From positions 764 through 64,763 of the forward strand of contig CAYPMM010000001.1 in NCBI GenBank assembly GCA_964412115.1: 64,000 nt of DNA. The letters run 5' to 3'. Source of the DNA: an uncultured Candidatus Saccharibacteria bacterium (GTDB lineage: Bacteria; Patescibacteriota; Minisyncoccia; HO2-45-28). Numbering within the stretch: the first letter of the stretch is position 1; every line of letters starts with the position of its first letter. Below are positions 10,019 through 20,183 of the stretch, one piece after another. The position numbers and the translations under genes are program-made. The notes beneath the pieces were generated by a model. The model saw only the letters and a program-made list of their open reading frames with translations, was not told where the DNA came from and did not search any database.

Positions 10019-10946
10019 TTAACTTGTTTTCTTTTATTTCGCGGATGCTGTAAGGCGGGCGATTTGTGGAAGCGTAATAAATGGGAAGCAGAATCTCCGC
10101 GAGCAATCCCATCATAAAAAGCAAAACTCCCAAAATGGCAAAAAGGGTTCCGACCACCGGCAGAGGCGTTGCCGTAAAATCTTCAATGCCAAAGAGCCGT
10201 AAAATAACAGCTGTCCCGAACGCGAGCATTGAAAGAAAAATGGAGACGGCTCCCCATCCGCCAAAAAATCTCAAAGGTCTTGAAAAATACCGAATAAAAA
10301 AAACAACGCTTAATAAATCAAATCCTGTTTTTATCATTCTGGGGATGTTGGTTTTAGACTCGCCGAATTCCCTGAATTGGTGCGAAACGACAACCTCGCA
10401 TATTTTAGCGCCTCTCTCTTTGGCGATGGCCGGAAGAGACGCTTGCGCGTCTCCCAAAAGCCGGAAATCTTTAATAAAATCGCTACGGTACGCTTTTAAA
10501 CCGCATCCAAAATCGTGAAGGGGAACATCGAGCGCCACCCGCGCGGCATAATTCGCGACGCGGGAAAAAAGAACGCGCGACCATCGGTCCTTTCTTTCCT
10601 TTCGCCAGCCGGACACCGCGCCGCATCCTTCTGATATCTTTTCAAGAAATTTAGGAATGTCGGCCGGGTCGTTTTGGAGGTCGGCGTCCAATAAAATAAT
10701 ACTATCCCCTTTTGCTTCTTGAATGCCAACATCCAAAGCGATCGTTTCTCCGCAATTTCTTCGAAGAAAAATCATTTTAAGAGGCCGGAGATTTTCCATT
10801 TCTTTACGCGTTTTGTCCGTTGACGCGTCATCAACAAAAATAATTTCATAGGGCTCCGCTTGTCCCCGCATTGCGTCAACAATCCGGCGATGAAGCTCGC
10901 GGATGGTTTTTTCTTCATTGAAAACCGGCACAACGATAGAAATCAT
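10005..10946 (-). CDS. GT2 polyprenyl-phosphate glycosyltransferase (ArnC/GtrB-like)
   Basis: ISIVVPVFNEE, VDDASTD, DADLQNDP motifs; two C-terminal TM helices. Confidence 0.9.
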   Translation of the reverse strand: MISIVVPVFNEEKTIRELHRRIVDAMRGQAEPYEIIFVDDASTDKTRKEMENLRPLKMIFLRRNCGETIALDVGIQEAKGDSIILLDADLQNDPADIPKFLEKISEGCGAVSGWRKERKDRWSRVLFSRVANYAARVALDVPLHDFGCGLKAYRSDFIKDFRLLGDAQASLPAIAKERGAKICEVVVSHQFREFGESKTNIPRMIKTGFDLLSVVFFIRYFSRPLRFFGGWGAVSIFLSMLAFGTAVILRLFGIEDFTATPLPVVGTLFAILGVLLFMMGLLAEILLPIYYASTNRPPYSIREIKENKLNEGN

Positions 10947-10996
10947 ATTATCTAATTAAACAAAAAAGCGAGGCTGTGTCAACCTCGCTTAACGGT

Positions 10997-12520
10997 TCAT
11001 TTTAATATATTTTCCGCTCTGGCGCGTATGCGTTCTTCAACATACTCTTTCGGATTCATTTCGCGCCACGCCCGGTCTCTTAACTCCACGATTCGTTCCG
11101 GCGGCACCGTCGTGTTATACATGACGGCGTTGACGAAATTCATGGAATCGGGATCAAAATCGCGGTCTAAATATCCCTCGGCGATCGCCATGTCATAAAG
11201 CTGACTGCCCGGAAAGGGAATGGGTATAAAAGGAGAGCAGTAAGCAGCCCCGGCGTCCACAAGCCTTTTTCCCAATTCAACGCTTTGAAGAATTTCTTCT
11301 TCCGTTTCGTCGGGAAAACCGATCATCATGTTGATGGGGCATTTAATCCCGAGACGGGTCGCGATGCGAACGAGCTCGACTACGTCCAAAGTGCTCAAAT
11401 TTAGTTTGGCGGTCGCGTACTTATCCAAAATGCGCTGTGAGCCGGATTCCACCGGAAAAGAAATCTCATCAAAACCGGCGTCTCGCAAAAGTTCCAGATA
11501 CTGGGCGTCAATTTCCAACTTGCCGTTTTTTCCCCGCCTTTGAAAATGAACGAGGTTCACGCCGTTGATTGCAGCTATTCGCAACCCCATGCCAAGCACA
11601 TTTTCAAATATGGTTTTTACGCGCGATTTATTCGCAAGCAGGCTGTCATCTTCAAAAAAAAGCTTATAAACCCCGAGGTCGCGCAGTCTCCTTACTTCCT
11701 CAAGCACTCTGGCAACCGACTTTATCCGATAGGCGCCGATATTTCCGCTTCCAAGCGGGTCTTCTTTTTCCTTGGAGATATGGCAATAGGCGCACCGAAA
11801 AGGGCATCCGCGAGAGGTCATAATAGGCGCGTACCTTACTTTGGGCGCAAACTCCACGCCGGATCTGGAAGAAACAATGCGGTCGTAATGCCTAAACGGC
11901 AGTTTTTCCCACGTGGGAAACGGCAGTTCGTCAAGATTCATGTGCGTATCGCACGGCGCAACCGGATTTGTAACGCGCCGCTTTTCCGCCTGATACGTGA
12001 TGCCCGAAACACGGCCGTAACCCAGCCCGGCAACCCACGCCTCAACAATCTTAACAAAAATTTTTTCTCCTTCGGTAAGGCAGATGATATCCACCGCTCC
12101 GCTCTCAAAAAAACGGCCCGGCAAATTTTTAGCGTTCGTTCCGCCGGACACAACCAAAATATCCGGATTAACGTCTTTTGCGGTTACGGCGACTTCCAGG
12201 GCCATTCTGGTTTGAGGAGTAAAGTTTGAATTGATGCCGATGATGTCGTATTTGCCGTCGGCAATGAATGTTCGAAGCCGTTCTTGAGACATCCCTATGC
12301 GCGTAAGCCCGTTCGGCTGGCGCACCGCGCGATAAAACGTGTCGTCCAAATTATCCGTCTCCGCTCCGACCGACGCGTCAAGAATATCGGCTTCGAATCC
12401 GGCCCGTTCAAGCGCGCCGGCAAGATATAAAAGACCAAGCGATCCGTCGGGTCTTGGCTGTTCAATTGACGCCAGTTGGTTTGGAGGATAAATAAGCAGA
12501 ATTTTCGGGTTTTTCCTCAC
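10997..12520 (-). CDS. Cobalamin-binding radical SAM protein (class B methyltransferase-like)
   Basis: N-terminal B12-binding domain (LGLLYLAG, GGT, EGE); TSRGCPFRCAYC CxxxCxxC; ESGSQRIL; GFPDET; PFPGS. Confidence 0.9.
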   Translation of the reverse strand: MRKNPKILLIYPPNQLASIEQPRPDGSLGLLYLAGALERAGFEADILDASVGAETDNLDDTFYRAVRQPNGLTRIGMSQERLRTFIADGKYDIIGINSNFTPQTRMALEVAVTAKDVNPDILVVSGGTNAKNLPGRFFESGAVDIICLTEGEKIFVKIVEAWVAGLGYGRVSGITYQAEKRRVTNPVAPCDTHMNLDELPFPTWEKLPFRHYDRIVSSRSGVEFAPKVRYAPIMTSRGCPFRCAYCHISKEKEDPLGSGNIGAYRIKSVARVLEEVRRLRDLGVYKLFFEDDSLLANKSRVKTIFENVLGMGLRIAAINGVNLVHFQRRGKNGKLEIDAQYLELLRDAGFDEISFPVESGSQRILDKYATAKLNLSTLDVVELVRIATRLGIKCPINMMIGFPDETEEEILQSVELGKRLVDAGAAYCSPFIPIPFPGSQLYDMAIAEGYLDRDFDPDSMNFVNAVMYNTTVPPERIVELRDRAWREMNPKEYVEERIRARAENILK

Positions 12521-12568
12521 GCGCCTTCTCCATTCAATTTTTAACGTTCAAACGCTAAAAACAGCATA

Positions 12569-13243
12569 TCATTTTAAAAAGGGTCCGTCCATGTCTTCCG
12601 GATAACTGAAGGCGATATTTTTTGTTCCTTTTACCATAAAAACGGGGTGTTTTTTTACAAATTTATCCATCATGGACGTAAGATAGTACTCGCCATTTTT
12701 ATGTTTTACGGGTTTGTATTTAAAAATGTCGGTATTTACCGCCATCACTCCGGCAGCGACAAAATTGGACGAGAAGCGTTTGGGTTTTTCAATAACGCCG
12801 AGAATACGGCCTTCTTTAGAAATTTTAGGGATACCGGATTGGCTTGAATCCGTCATTTCGCGGCAAAGCCAGCTGAATTCGTGTTTTAAACATTTTCGCA
12901 TCTGATTTTTAGCCGGCATTTCATCTCCGTAAATAATCAAAAAACGTTCGCCTCGTTTTTTAAAAAAACTCTTAGCCAGCAAAACCGCGTAAGCCGTCCC
13001 ATTAAGTTTTTTTTGAACGACGTACTTTATTGTTTTTCCTTGATAAAAATTGCCGTATCGTTTTTTTATCTTTCCGCCCTTATAGCCGATAACAATTATA
13101 ATTTCATCCACCGATTTCGGCAAAACATCAAAGATATTATCCAGAAGTGTTTTTTTGCCTATTTTTAAAAGCGGCTTTGGCGTATCGTCGGTCAAATGGC
13201 GCATCCTTTTTCCGCGCCCCGCGGCCAAAATTACCGCTTTCAT
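12569..13243 (-). CDS. Sugar-phosphate nucleotidyltransferase
   Basis: ILAAGRGKRM...PKPL, YGD and EKP motifs. Confidence 0.85.
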   Translation of the reverse strand: MKAVILAAGRGKRMRHLTDDTPKPLLKIGKKTLLDNIFDVLPKSVDEIIIVIGYKGGKIKKRYGNFYQGKTIKYVVQKKLNGTAYAVLLAKSFFKKRGERFLIIYGDEMPAKNQMRKCLKHEFSWLCREMTDSSQSGIPKISKEGRILGVIEKPKRFSSNFVAAGVMAVNTDIFKYKPVKHKNGEYYLTSMMDKFVKKHPVFMVKGTKNIAFSYPEDMDGPFLK

Positions 13244-14352
13244 TCCCTGCCTTCTTTATAAAATTCTATAATACTGCCGGCGATATATTTTATTTCCTCT
13301 TCTTCAAGCTCGGGAAAAATCGGCAGGGATAAAATTTCGTCAACCGCCGATTCCGCGGCAGGAAAATCGCCTTTCTTGTGGCCGAGGCCCTTATAAACCG
13401 GCTGAAGATGAATTGGAACCGGATAATGCACCAGGGTCGGGATCTTTTTTTCGCCTAAATACTCCATCAGAGCGTTTCTGTCGCGAACTCTTATGACATA
13501 CTGATGAAAAACCGGCTCGGCGTAATCGGCAACTGTCGGAATCGCTACTGAAGTTCCGCCAAGCAATTTATTATACAGTTCGGCGTTTTTTCTTCTTTTT
13601 TCGCCCCATTCTTCGAGGTGTTTCAATTTAACTCTCAATATGGCCGCTTGTATGGTGTCTAACCTGGAGTTAAATCCGATAATCTGGAATAAATCTTTTT
13701 GAGTTCTCCCGAAGTCCCTAAGAAATCTGACTTTGCCCGCCAACTCGTCGCTATTGGTAACAACAGCGCCTCCGTCTCCGTAAGCGCCCAAATTCTTGCT
13801 GGGGTAAAAACTGAACACGGCGATATCGCCAAGCCCCCCGACCCGCCTGCCTTTATGCCGCGCGCCGTGCGCTTGGCAGGCGTCTTCCAAAATTTTCAAG
13901 TTGTGTTTTTGAGCGATTGATTTAATTTCGTCCATATCCGCGGGCTGTCCGTAAAGATGAACCGGCAAAATAACTTTTGTGCGCGGGGTAATACTCGCCT
14001 CAATTTTTTTAGGGTCAATATTAAAAGTTTTCGGGTCAATGTCGGAAAAAACCGGCGTTGCGCCCAGCATTGATATGCTCGTAGACGTTGAAACGAAAGA
14101 ATGCGGAGTGGTTATGACCTCGTCTCCGGCCCCTACGCCCAGCGCATGCAAAGACAAAAAAAGAGCGTCCGTGCCGGAGGCGACTCCAACGCAATGTTTC
14201 GCCTCGCAAAAATCGGCGAAGTCTTTTTCAAAATTTTTCACCTCGTCTCCAAGAATAAATTCGTGTTTATCAAGCGCCCCTTTAACGGCGGCGTCAATTT
14301 CATCTTTATATTTGCGGTATTGGCGCCCTAAATCGACAAATTCAATCATCAA
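13240..14352 (-). CDS. DegT/DnrJ/EryC1/StrS PLP aminotransferase
   Basis: SGTDAL, PVHLYGQ, EDACQAHGA and SFYPSKNLGAYGDGG motifs. Confidence 0.95.
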   Translation of the reverse strand: MMIEFVDLGRQYRKYKDEIDAAVKGALDKHEFILGDEVKNFEKDFADFCEAKHCVGVASGTDALFLSLHALGVGAGDEVITTPHSFVSTSTSISMLGATPVFSDIDPKTFNIDPKKIEASITPRTKVILPVHLYGQPADMDEIKSIAQKHNLKILEDACQAHGARHKGRRVGGLGDIAVFSFYPSKNLGAYGDGGAVVTNSDELAGKVRFLRDFGRTQKDLFQIIGFNSRLDTIQAAILRVKLKHLEEWGEKRRKNAELYNKLLGGTSVAIPTVADYAEPVFHQYVIRVRDRNALMEYLGEKKIPTLVHYPVPIHLQPVYKGLGHKKGDFPAAESAVDEILSLPIFPELEEEEIKYIAGSIIEFYKEGRE

Positions 14353-14391
14353 CGAAACATTACCATATAAAACCGAAAAATGTCCATACTT

Positions 14392-16131
14392 TTAAAATCC
14401 ATAAACCCTGATATCACCGCTCTCGTAAAGTACTGCCAGGTTTTTTACAAAGTCGGCTACCTGCGCGGGTACTTCTCCTTGAATTAAGACGTAGTCCAAT
14501 CTGTATCTCGATAATTCCGATTTAAAATCTTTTTTTAAAAAATCCCGATAGTTTTGCGGCAGTTCCGCAAGTCTTTTTTCCAATTTTTCATCGCTAAAAT
14601 CGGGAAAGTCTTTGACATTATAAATCCCTTTCCAGTTGGCGGCAAGGCGCGTTCGTGGTTCTTGTTTATTGCCGGCCATATAATCTTCAATATTTTGAGC
14701 CGTAACTCCTTTTAGGAACAGGAGCGTAAAATAATTATGCAAAATTCGCTCTTCCGGCATCAGCGAGAGCGCCGCGGTTGCTTCATATAAATTGCAGTGA
14801 GTAAAAGCCGGAATGGCGTAGTCAAAACTGCTCAATCCATCCCATTCGCTAACCGCAAGCACAACGCAGTCTTTTTCTTGCCGATTAAGCCAGTCAAACA
14901 GAGCGGAATAATTTTGCAGATCGGCATAGCGTGAAGAAAATTGCGCGTATGTTATTGCCTGCGTGTAAATACCGAACAGCACAGACGAAACCGCGGCGGC
15001 AAATACCAAGACCGCCCAAAAATACCTGCTTTTTTCGCGGATAACGTTGTGGGCCAAAACCATAAACGCGACTATGGCAATCGGTATGGTGTACTGTACA
15101 AAATGATACGGCCAGACGGTCCGGCCGGTAATGATTTGCTGGTTATAAGCCACGAGACCTCCGAGCATCATTGATAAACAAAACCAATACCAGTTTCGGT
15201 TAAAGCCTTCTTTAAATTTGTCCGCAAAAAACCAGGCGGTAATAAGATAAATCGCGATAACCGCCAGAAGAAGTTTATTAAACACGGGATAGTGGGTATA
15301 AAAAAGACCGCTTCGCAGAACCGAATCATAAAACCACGGACTAAGGCTCGCCCGCCAGGCGTTTACCCAATAAGGCAGCGAGAGCAGGGCTCCGGACAGA
15401 AGAACAGCCGACAGCCGTATCGCGGTCAAATATTCTTTTTTAAAAAAATAAAACAGAATTAAAACGCCGGTTATGGACGCCGCCAGTCCCCAGCTAAAAA
15501 AATAACTGCCGATCATCAAAGCTAGAAAAAGAGCCGCGCCCGCCGTGGCGGATCGATATCGTTTGGTGTTCTGCGTTATCGCCAAAACTAAAATCAAAAA
15601 GGAAAATAAAAAGATTGCGCCAAGAACCGGATTGACCGGACGAGACCAAATTAAAAAATCCCCGCCAATACTGCCGCGGCCGGATAAAAAATCAATAACC
15701 GAACGATAGTCCACCAAATCATATCCCAGCGTTACCAATAATGCTCCTGAAGCGGCGTTTATTTTTCCGCCCCAATCCTGCTTGACGGACAATTTCCAGA
15801 TTAAAAAATAAATCAGCAGAAAAAGCACGAACGGCAAATAAAACCGGCTGGCGAGTAAAATATTAACCGGCGAAACATCCAAAAGCATGGCGGGCAAGGC
15901 GTAAAAAAACTCGCCCGTCGGAGGAGTGACCGGCGGCTGATTTTTATATTCAAAAAAGAAAGGAGAGCCAAGAGACGGATGTCCGTCCACAATCTCCTGA
16001 ATCCTGGCCAAATACTCATCTTCGTTGGCGGTCTGCATTATCGGTATGCCGCCGTATTCGTCTCCCAACGACAGAATGAAAATAACGTTCGGCGCCGCGT
16101 AAAGAACTCCGACCAAAAACGCTATCGCCAA
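14392..16131 (-). CDS. Multi-pass membrane protein, possible GT-C glycosyltransferase
   Basis: About 12 hydrophobic segments, an acidic NEDEY loop after TM1 and a soluble C-terminal domain; start uncertain. Confidence 0.55.
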   Translation of the reverse strand: MAIAFLVGVLYAAPNVIFILSLGDEYGGIPIMQTANEDEYLARIQEIVDGHPSLGSPFFFEYKNQPPVTPPTGEFFYALPAMLLDVSPVNILLASRFYLPFVLFLLIYFLIWKLSVKQDWGGKINAASGALLVTLGYDLVDYRSVIDFLSGRGSIGGDFLIWSRPVNPVLGAIFLFSFLILVLAITQNTKRYRSATAGAALFLALMIGSYFFSWGLAASITGVLILFYFFKKEYLTAIRLSAVLLSGALLSLPYWVNAWRASLSPWFYDSVLRSGLFYTHYPVFNKLLLAVIAIYLITAWFFADKFKEGFNRNWYWFCLSMMLGGLVAYNQQIITGRTVWPYHFVQYTIPIAIVAFMVLAHNVIREKSRYFWAVLVFAAAVSSVLFGIYTQAITYAQFSSRYADLQNYSALFDWLNRQEKDCVVLAVSEWDGLSSFDYAIPAFTHCNLYEATAALSLMPEERILHNYFTLLFLKGVTAQNIEDYMAGNKQEPRTRLAANWKGIYNVKDFPDFSDEKLEKRLAELPQNYRDFLKKDFKSELSRYRLDYVLIQGEVPAQVADFVKNLAVLYESGDIRVYGF

Positions 16132-16217
16132 AGCCAGCCAGTGTTTTTTAAAAAAAATATTTGTAATGATGTTTTGCCAATTAATAAAATAACGGGTACT
16201 ATTTTAGGTATTATAGC

Positions 16218-17204
16218 ATGAAACCGACCGTACGGCTAAAAAAAATAAGATGGGGCATCATAGGTCTGGGGGCGCAGGCAAACAATATCGCGCGCTCAAT
16301 CATCGGTTCCAAAAACGGAGTCCTTTTCGCCGTAGCCGGTAAAAGTCCGCGGCGAGCAAAGCAGTTTGCGGAAAAATACGGCGCCGCCCATTCCGGCGCA
16401 ATCCGCGGTCTGCTCAATAATTCCCAAGTTGATGCCGTATTTATCGCCTCCCCCAGCTACGAACACGCCAAACATGTTTTATTGGCGTCTGCGGCAAAAA
16501 AACATATTCTTTGCGAAAAACCGCTTGCTCTCTCCGTTAAAGACGGGCGCCGAATCGCGTCTGCGGTTAAAAAAAACCGCGTGCGTCTCGCGGTCGGATT
16601 TCATTTGCGCCATCACCCGGACATTCAAAAGACAAAAGCCCTGATAAGTTCCGGAAAACTGGGGATAATTTCGCTGATCCAAGCGCAGTGGTGTGTCGGG
16701 CGTCCCGGCGCCGCAAAACTCCCCCCCTTGCCGGCACACATGAAATGGCGCGAAAATTTCAAAAAATCAGGCGGCGGGGCCGTTATCGCCCGCGGAACTC
16801 ACCTGTTTGACCTCATCTCGTATCTTACCGGAAAAGAGCCCATTTCGGTTTCGGCGCTAACCGACGGCGGAAAAAAATCAAAAATCGACACAACCGCGGT
16901 CGGAATTTTGGAATATAAAAAATTTTTTGCCACAATCATAACCAGCAGGATCATTCCGCGACTTGACGACTCAATCGGCATTTACGGGAACAAGGGCCAT
17001 ATTGAGCTTCGGGGTGTCATGGCGCCAAACGGTAAAAAAAATTTGTGGCAAATGGAAATTGAAGATTTCGGAGACGCGATTTTGCGAAAAAAAACAATGA
17101 AAAGCGCCTCTCTCAAGGACGGTCTTATGAACGTTGCGGTCACCGAAGCCTTTGTCAAGTCGGCCTACACGGGAAAAAAAACAAAAATAAAAACTATTTT
17201 TTAG
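16218..17204 (+). CDS. Gfo/Idh/MocA oxidoreductase
   Basis: WGIIGLG, HILCEKPLA and SGGG...GTHLFD motifs. Confidence 0.9.
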   Translation: MKPTVRLKKIRWGIIGLGAQANNIARSIIGSKNGVLFAVAGKSPRRAKQFAEKYGAAHSGAIRGLLNNSQVDAVFIASPSYEHAKHVLLASAAKKHILCEKPLALSVKDGRRIASAVKKNRVRLAVGFHLRHHPDIQKTKALISSGKLGIISLIQAQWCVGRPGAAKLPPLPAHMKWRENFKKSGGGAVIARGTHLFDLISYLTGKEPISVSALTDGGKKSKIDTTAVGILEYKKFFATIITSRIIPRLDDSIGIYGNKGHIELRGVMAPNGKKNLWQMEIEDFGDAILRKKTMKSASLKDGLMNVAVTEAFVKSAYTGKKTKIKTIF

Positions 17205-18216
17205 GATTGGATGAATACCATTCGTAAGTCTTTTTAAGTCCCTCGTCCAAAGAAACTTCCGGTTTCCAGCCGGTCAAACTTTGAAGCTTGGAAATATCGG
17301 CCAGGCGTCTTTTTACGCTCCCCTCCGGCGCGGATTTGATGTCCAGTTCTTTCGGCCGCCAGCCCGCAACCTCGAACATTTTCTCAGCCAAATCTTTTAT
17401 CGTAATTTCTTGAGTATCGCCGATATGCACCGTTTCAATAGGCTGCAAATCCGTTTTTTTGGAATCCATGAGCATTCGCATCGCTCGCGCCGCGTCATCA
17501 ATGTGGCAAAAAGTGCGGGTGTCGTCGGCGCCATAAATCTGGAATGGTTCGGTTTTTCGGGCAATCCGCGCGGAAAATTCGGGAATAACATGATTATATC
17601 CGGCTCTCGGCCCGTAAAAATTATGGGGTCTTACGATTAGCGCCCGGAAATTATATTTTGACGCGTAATGAATCACAAAAAGTTCGCCGGCGAGTTTACT
17701 TGCCGCGTAAGACCAGCGGGGGTTATAGGGGTCGTCTACGACCAACGACACTTTTTCGGGTGTAGGAATTGGCAGCTTTCCAAACGCGTTCAAACCCCCG
17801 GCATAGGCCTCATTAGATGAGGTGAAACAAAATTTACCTTCGCTATTTTTATTTTTAAACCATTCAAGCATATAAACCAAAGACAGGGTATTAATTCGCA
17901 GCGTTTCGTGGGGCATATCATAAAAGTTTTTGGTGCCGTTAATTGCGGCCAAATGATAAACATGGCCATAGCCCGCGCCCAATTTTTCGAAAGACGCCGG
18001 ATTGGTTAAATCCAGTTCCAAAAAACGCACCCGGGAATCGTTTAAAAGTTTTTTAAAGTCGCTGTCGGCCCTTCCGCGCTGGAAGTTATCAACCAAAACT
18101 ATTTCGGCATCGTTGCCATATTCTTTTAAAAGATGTGTCGCCAAATGACAGCCGATAAAACCGGCCCCGCCGGTAATAAGAATTTTTTTGTTCTTTTGCG
18201 CCTCCGCACTTGACAT
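17194..18216 (-). CDS. NAD-dependent nucleotide-sugar epimerase/dehydratase
   Basis: TGGAGFIG, HLAA, YAASK and NFYGP motifs. Confidence 0.9.
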   Translation of the reverse strand: MSSAEAQKNKKILITGGAGFIGCHLATHLLKEYGNDAEIVLVDNFQRGRADSDFKKLLNDSRVRFLELDLTNPASFEKLGAGYGHVYHLAAINGTKNFYDMPHETLRINTLSLVYMLEWFKNKNSEGKFCFTSSNEAYAGGLNAFGKLPIPTPEKVSLVVDDPYNPRWSYAASKLAGELFVIHYASKYNFRALIVRPHNFYGPRAGYNHVIPEFSARIARKTEPFQIYGADDTRTFCHIDDAARAMRMLMDSKKTDLQPIETVHIGDTQEITIKDLAEKMFEVAGWRPKELDIKSAPEGSVKRRLADISKLQSLTGWKPEVSLDEGLKKTYEWYSSNPKK

Positions 18217-18273
18217 AAAATTTATTTTTGATATATTTTTATAAGATTTTTGAAAAAATAGGGAGAAAAATCG

Positions 18274-18849
18274 GTGGTAAAATGGCCCAAGCCCGTCGGG
18301 GAACCTCGCGTTTTAATTAAGCCTCGCTTTAATAAAACCATGTTTAGCCAGCAATTTCAACACCCCGCGACCGGAGAAGAATATGAATTCGTGTTTTTTG
18401 GCTATACCAGACCCGAGTCTGCGGTAATTGTTTTCCCCATTACAAAAGACAACCGGGTTGTAGCCATACGCCAGTATAGGCACGGATCCCATTCGGTCAT
18501 AATTGAATTGCCTGGCGGACTGAAAAGAACCGAGGAGATGGTTGAAGACATGGCCCAAAAAGAACTTCTGGAGGAAACCGGATACCGCCCGGAGAGCATG
18601 ATTCACATGAAGCGCCACCCCGTTATTATCGCGCCCTGTAACTTTGCTATTTGTTTTGACGCCGTCTTGGCTCGAGGGTGTGAAAAAATTCAAGAACCAA
18701 GTCTGGAAGAAACGGAATACGCGGAAACGATATTAATTCCTCTGGCGAAGTGGCGGAGAATGGTTCTTAAAGGAGAAATTACGGACTTAAAGAGCATTGC
18801 GGTAACGCATTTCGCTCTTCCGTATCTCACCTCGCGATTAAGAAGTTAA
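18274..18849 (+). CDS. NUDIX hydrolase (ADP-ribose/ADP-sugar pyrophosphatase-like)
   Basis: RQYR, ELPGG...AQKELLEETG Nudix box, ITDLKS. Confidence 0.85.
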   Translation: MVKWPKPVGEPRVLIKPRFNKTMFSQQFQHPATGEEYEFVFFGYTRPESAVIVFPITKDNRVVAIRQYRHGSHSVIIELPGGLKRTEEMVEDMAQKELLEETGYRPESMIHMKRHPVIIAPCNFAICFDAVLARGCEKIQEPSLEETEYAETILIPLAKWRRMVLKGEITDLKSIAVTHFALPYLTSRLRS

Positions 18850-18863
18850 ACAAGCAAACCAAG

Positions 18864-18886
18864 CCCTCTAAAAGAGGGTTTTTTTT
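18864..18886 (+). terminator. Intrinsic terminator
   Basis: ccctct-aaa-agaggg followed by T8, between convergent genes. Confidence 0.65.
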
Positions 18887-18909
18887 ATTAAAACAGTAGT
18901 CATTGCAAA

Positions 18910-20118
18910 TTAGTTATTTTTACGCTCCCAAAAGTTCCAAATATCCACTATTTTTTTATCCTTATATTTCCGCGTGTCAATCTCCTTGTATTGTTTGTGA
19001 GGGGCGGCAAGCACGATGATATCGGATTGTTTTAAAACTTTAGACAGCGGGTGAAAAGACGGATTTTTAATATGAAAGTCGTGGCATAAAACTTTTTTGC
19101 ATTTCGTTTCGGCGATTTTTTTAAGTTTAAAAGACAGGCTGTCCCGATGGTCGTCGCTATCCGCTTTAAAAGCCATGCCAAGTATGCCGATGGTCTTTGT
19201 TTTAATGTCCGGAAATTCTTGAGACAATTTATGCATAACGTGATTCGGCAAGCCCTCATTTACAAGCATGGCGGTATGGCCGAGGAAGAAATTATTATTA
19301 TTAAACGCGGCCAGCTGCATAGTGTCTTTTAAGAGGCACGGTCCGGCCGCAAATCCCGGCCGAGGCATATCTTTATTTCTCTCGTAGTCCTCCACCATGG
19401 CGTTGTGAATTTTTGAATAATCCAGCCCATGGTCGGAAGCCATCATAAAAAATTGATTGGCGATGGAAAAATGTATATATCTCCAGGCGTTGCAAAACAA
19501 TTTGGCCAATTCCGCCTCTATCGGCTTAACGGAGATTATTTTTCTTTTGGTCAGTTTTCCGAAAAGATCTTTGACCGCCCCGAGCGTCCCTGAATCGAAA
19601 GCGGATACGATCTGCGGTAAATTCTGAAGCTCGTGCAGGGCGTTTCCCTCTACGATTCTTTCCGGACAAAAAGCCACGCCGACTTTCTTTTTTCTTTCTT
19701 CAAAATACCGCTGGATTCTCTCGGACGTGTTGGGGTAGACGGTGCTGCGTAAAATTATAATTTGCCCGTCGCGAAAATAATCAAAATAATCGTCTAAAAC
19801 TTTAAAAATTCCCTTAATGTGGGGATTGAGATATTCATCAATAGGCGTGCCAACCACCAGAAAAATAAATTTGCTCTCCGATATCACGCCCGGGTTTTCG
19901 GAAACAAAAAGGGTTTTTTGGGATAGCGCCTTTTTCAAGCTCTTGTTTCCGTCTTTTTCTTTAAAAGGAAAATTTCCGGATTTGATTTTTTTAATACTTT
20001 CTTTGTTAATATCAAATAAAACGGTTTTTACTCCTTTGACGGCAAAAGCGACTCCCAATGGCAGACCGACATGTCCGGCTCCTCCAATAATGCAAAGTTC
20101 GCTGGTTTGTAATTTCAT
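18910..20118 (-). CDS. UDP-glucose/GDP-mannose/UDP-ManNAc dehydrogenase family
   Basis: GHVGLP, RSTVYP, CPER, AELAKLFCN, GPCLLKD and GMAFKAD motifs. Confidence 0.9.
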   Translation of the reverse strand: MKLQTSELCIIGGAGHVGLPLGVAFAVKGVKTVLFDINKESIKKIKSGNFPFKEKDGNKSLKKALSQKTLFVSENPGVISESKFIFLVVGTPIDEYLNPHIKGIFKVLDDYFDYFRDGQIIILRSTVYPNTSERIQRYFEERKKKVGVAFCPERIVEGNALHELQNLPQIVSAFDSGTLGAVKDLFGKLTKRKIISVKPIEAELAKLFCNAWRYIHFSIANQFFMMASDHGLDYSKIHNAMVEDYERNKDMPRPGFAAGPCLLKDTMQLAAFNNNNFFLGHTAMLVNEGLPNHVMHKLSQEFPDIKTKTIGILGMAFKADSDDHRDSLSFKLKKIAETKCKKVLCHDFHIKNPSFHPLSKVLKQSDIIVLAAPHKQYKEIDTRKYKDKKIVDIWNFWERKNN

Positions 20119-20183
20119 GTTATTATAGATTATATTTTATATCATAAAAATTTATTTGCAATAAGCGCTATTTTTAAATCCTG

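Noticed and set aside
11540-12229. Long antisense ORFs (also 41502..42143, 43938..44570, 60598..61209)
   Set aside because: Shadow frames opposite well-supported genes, with no motifs
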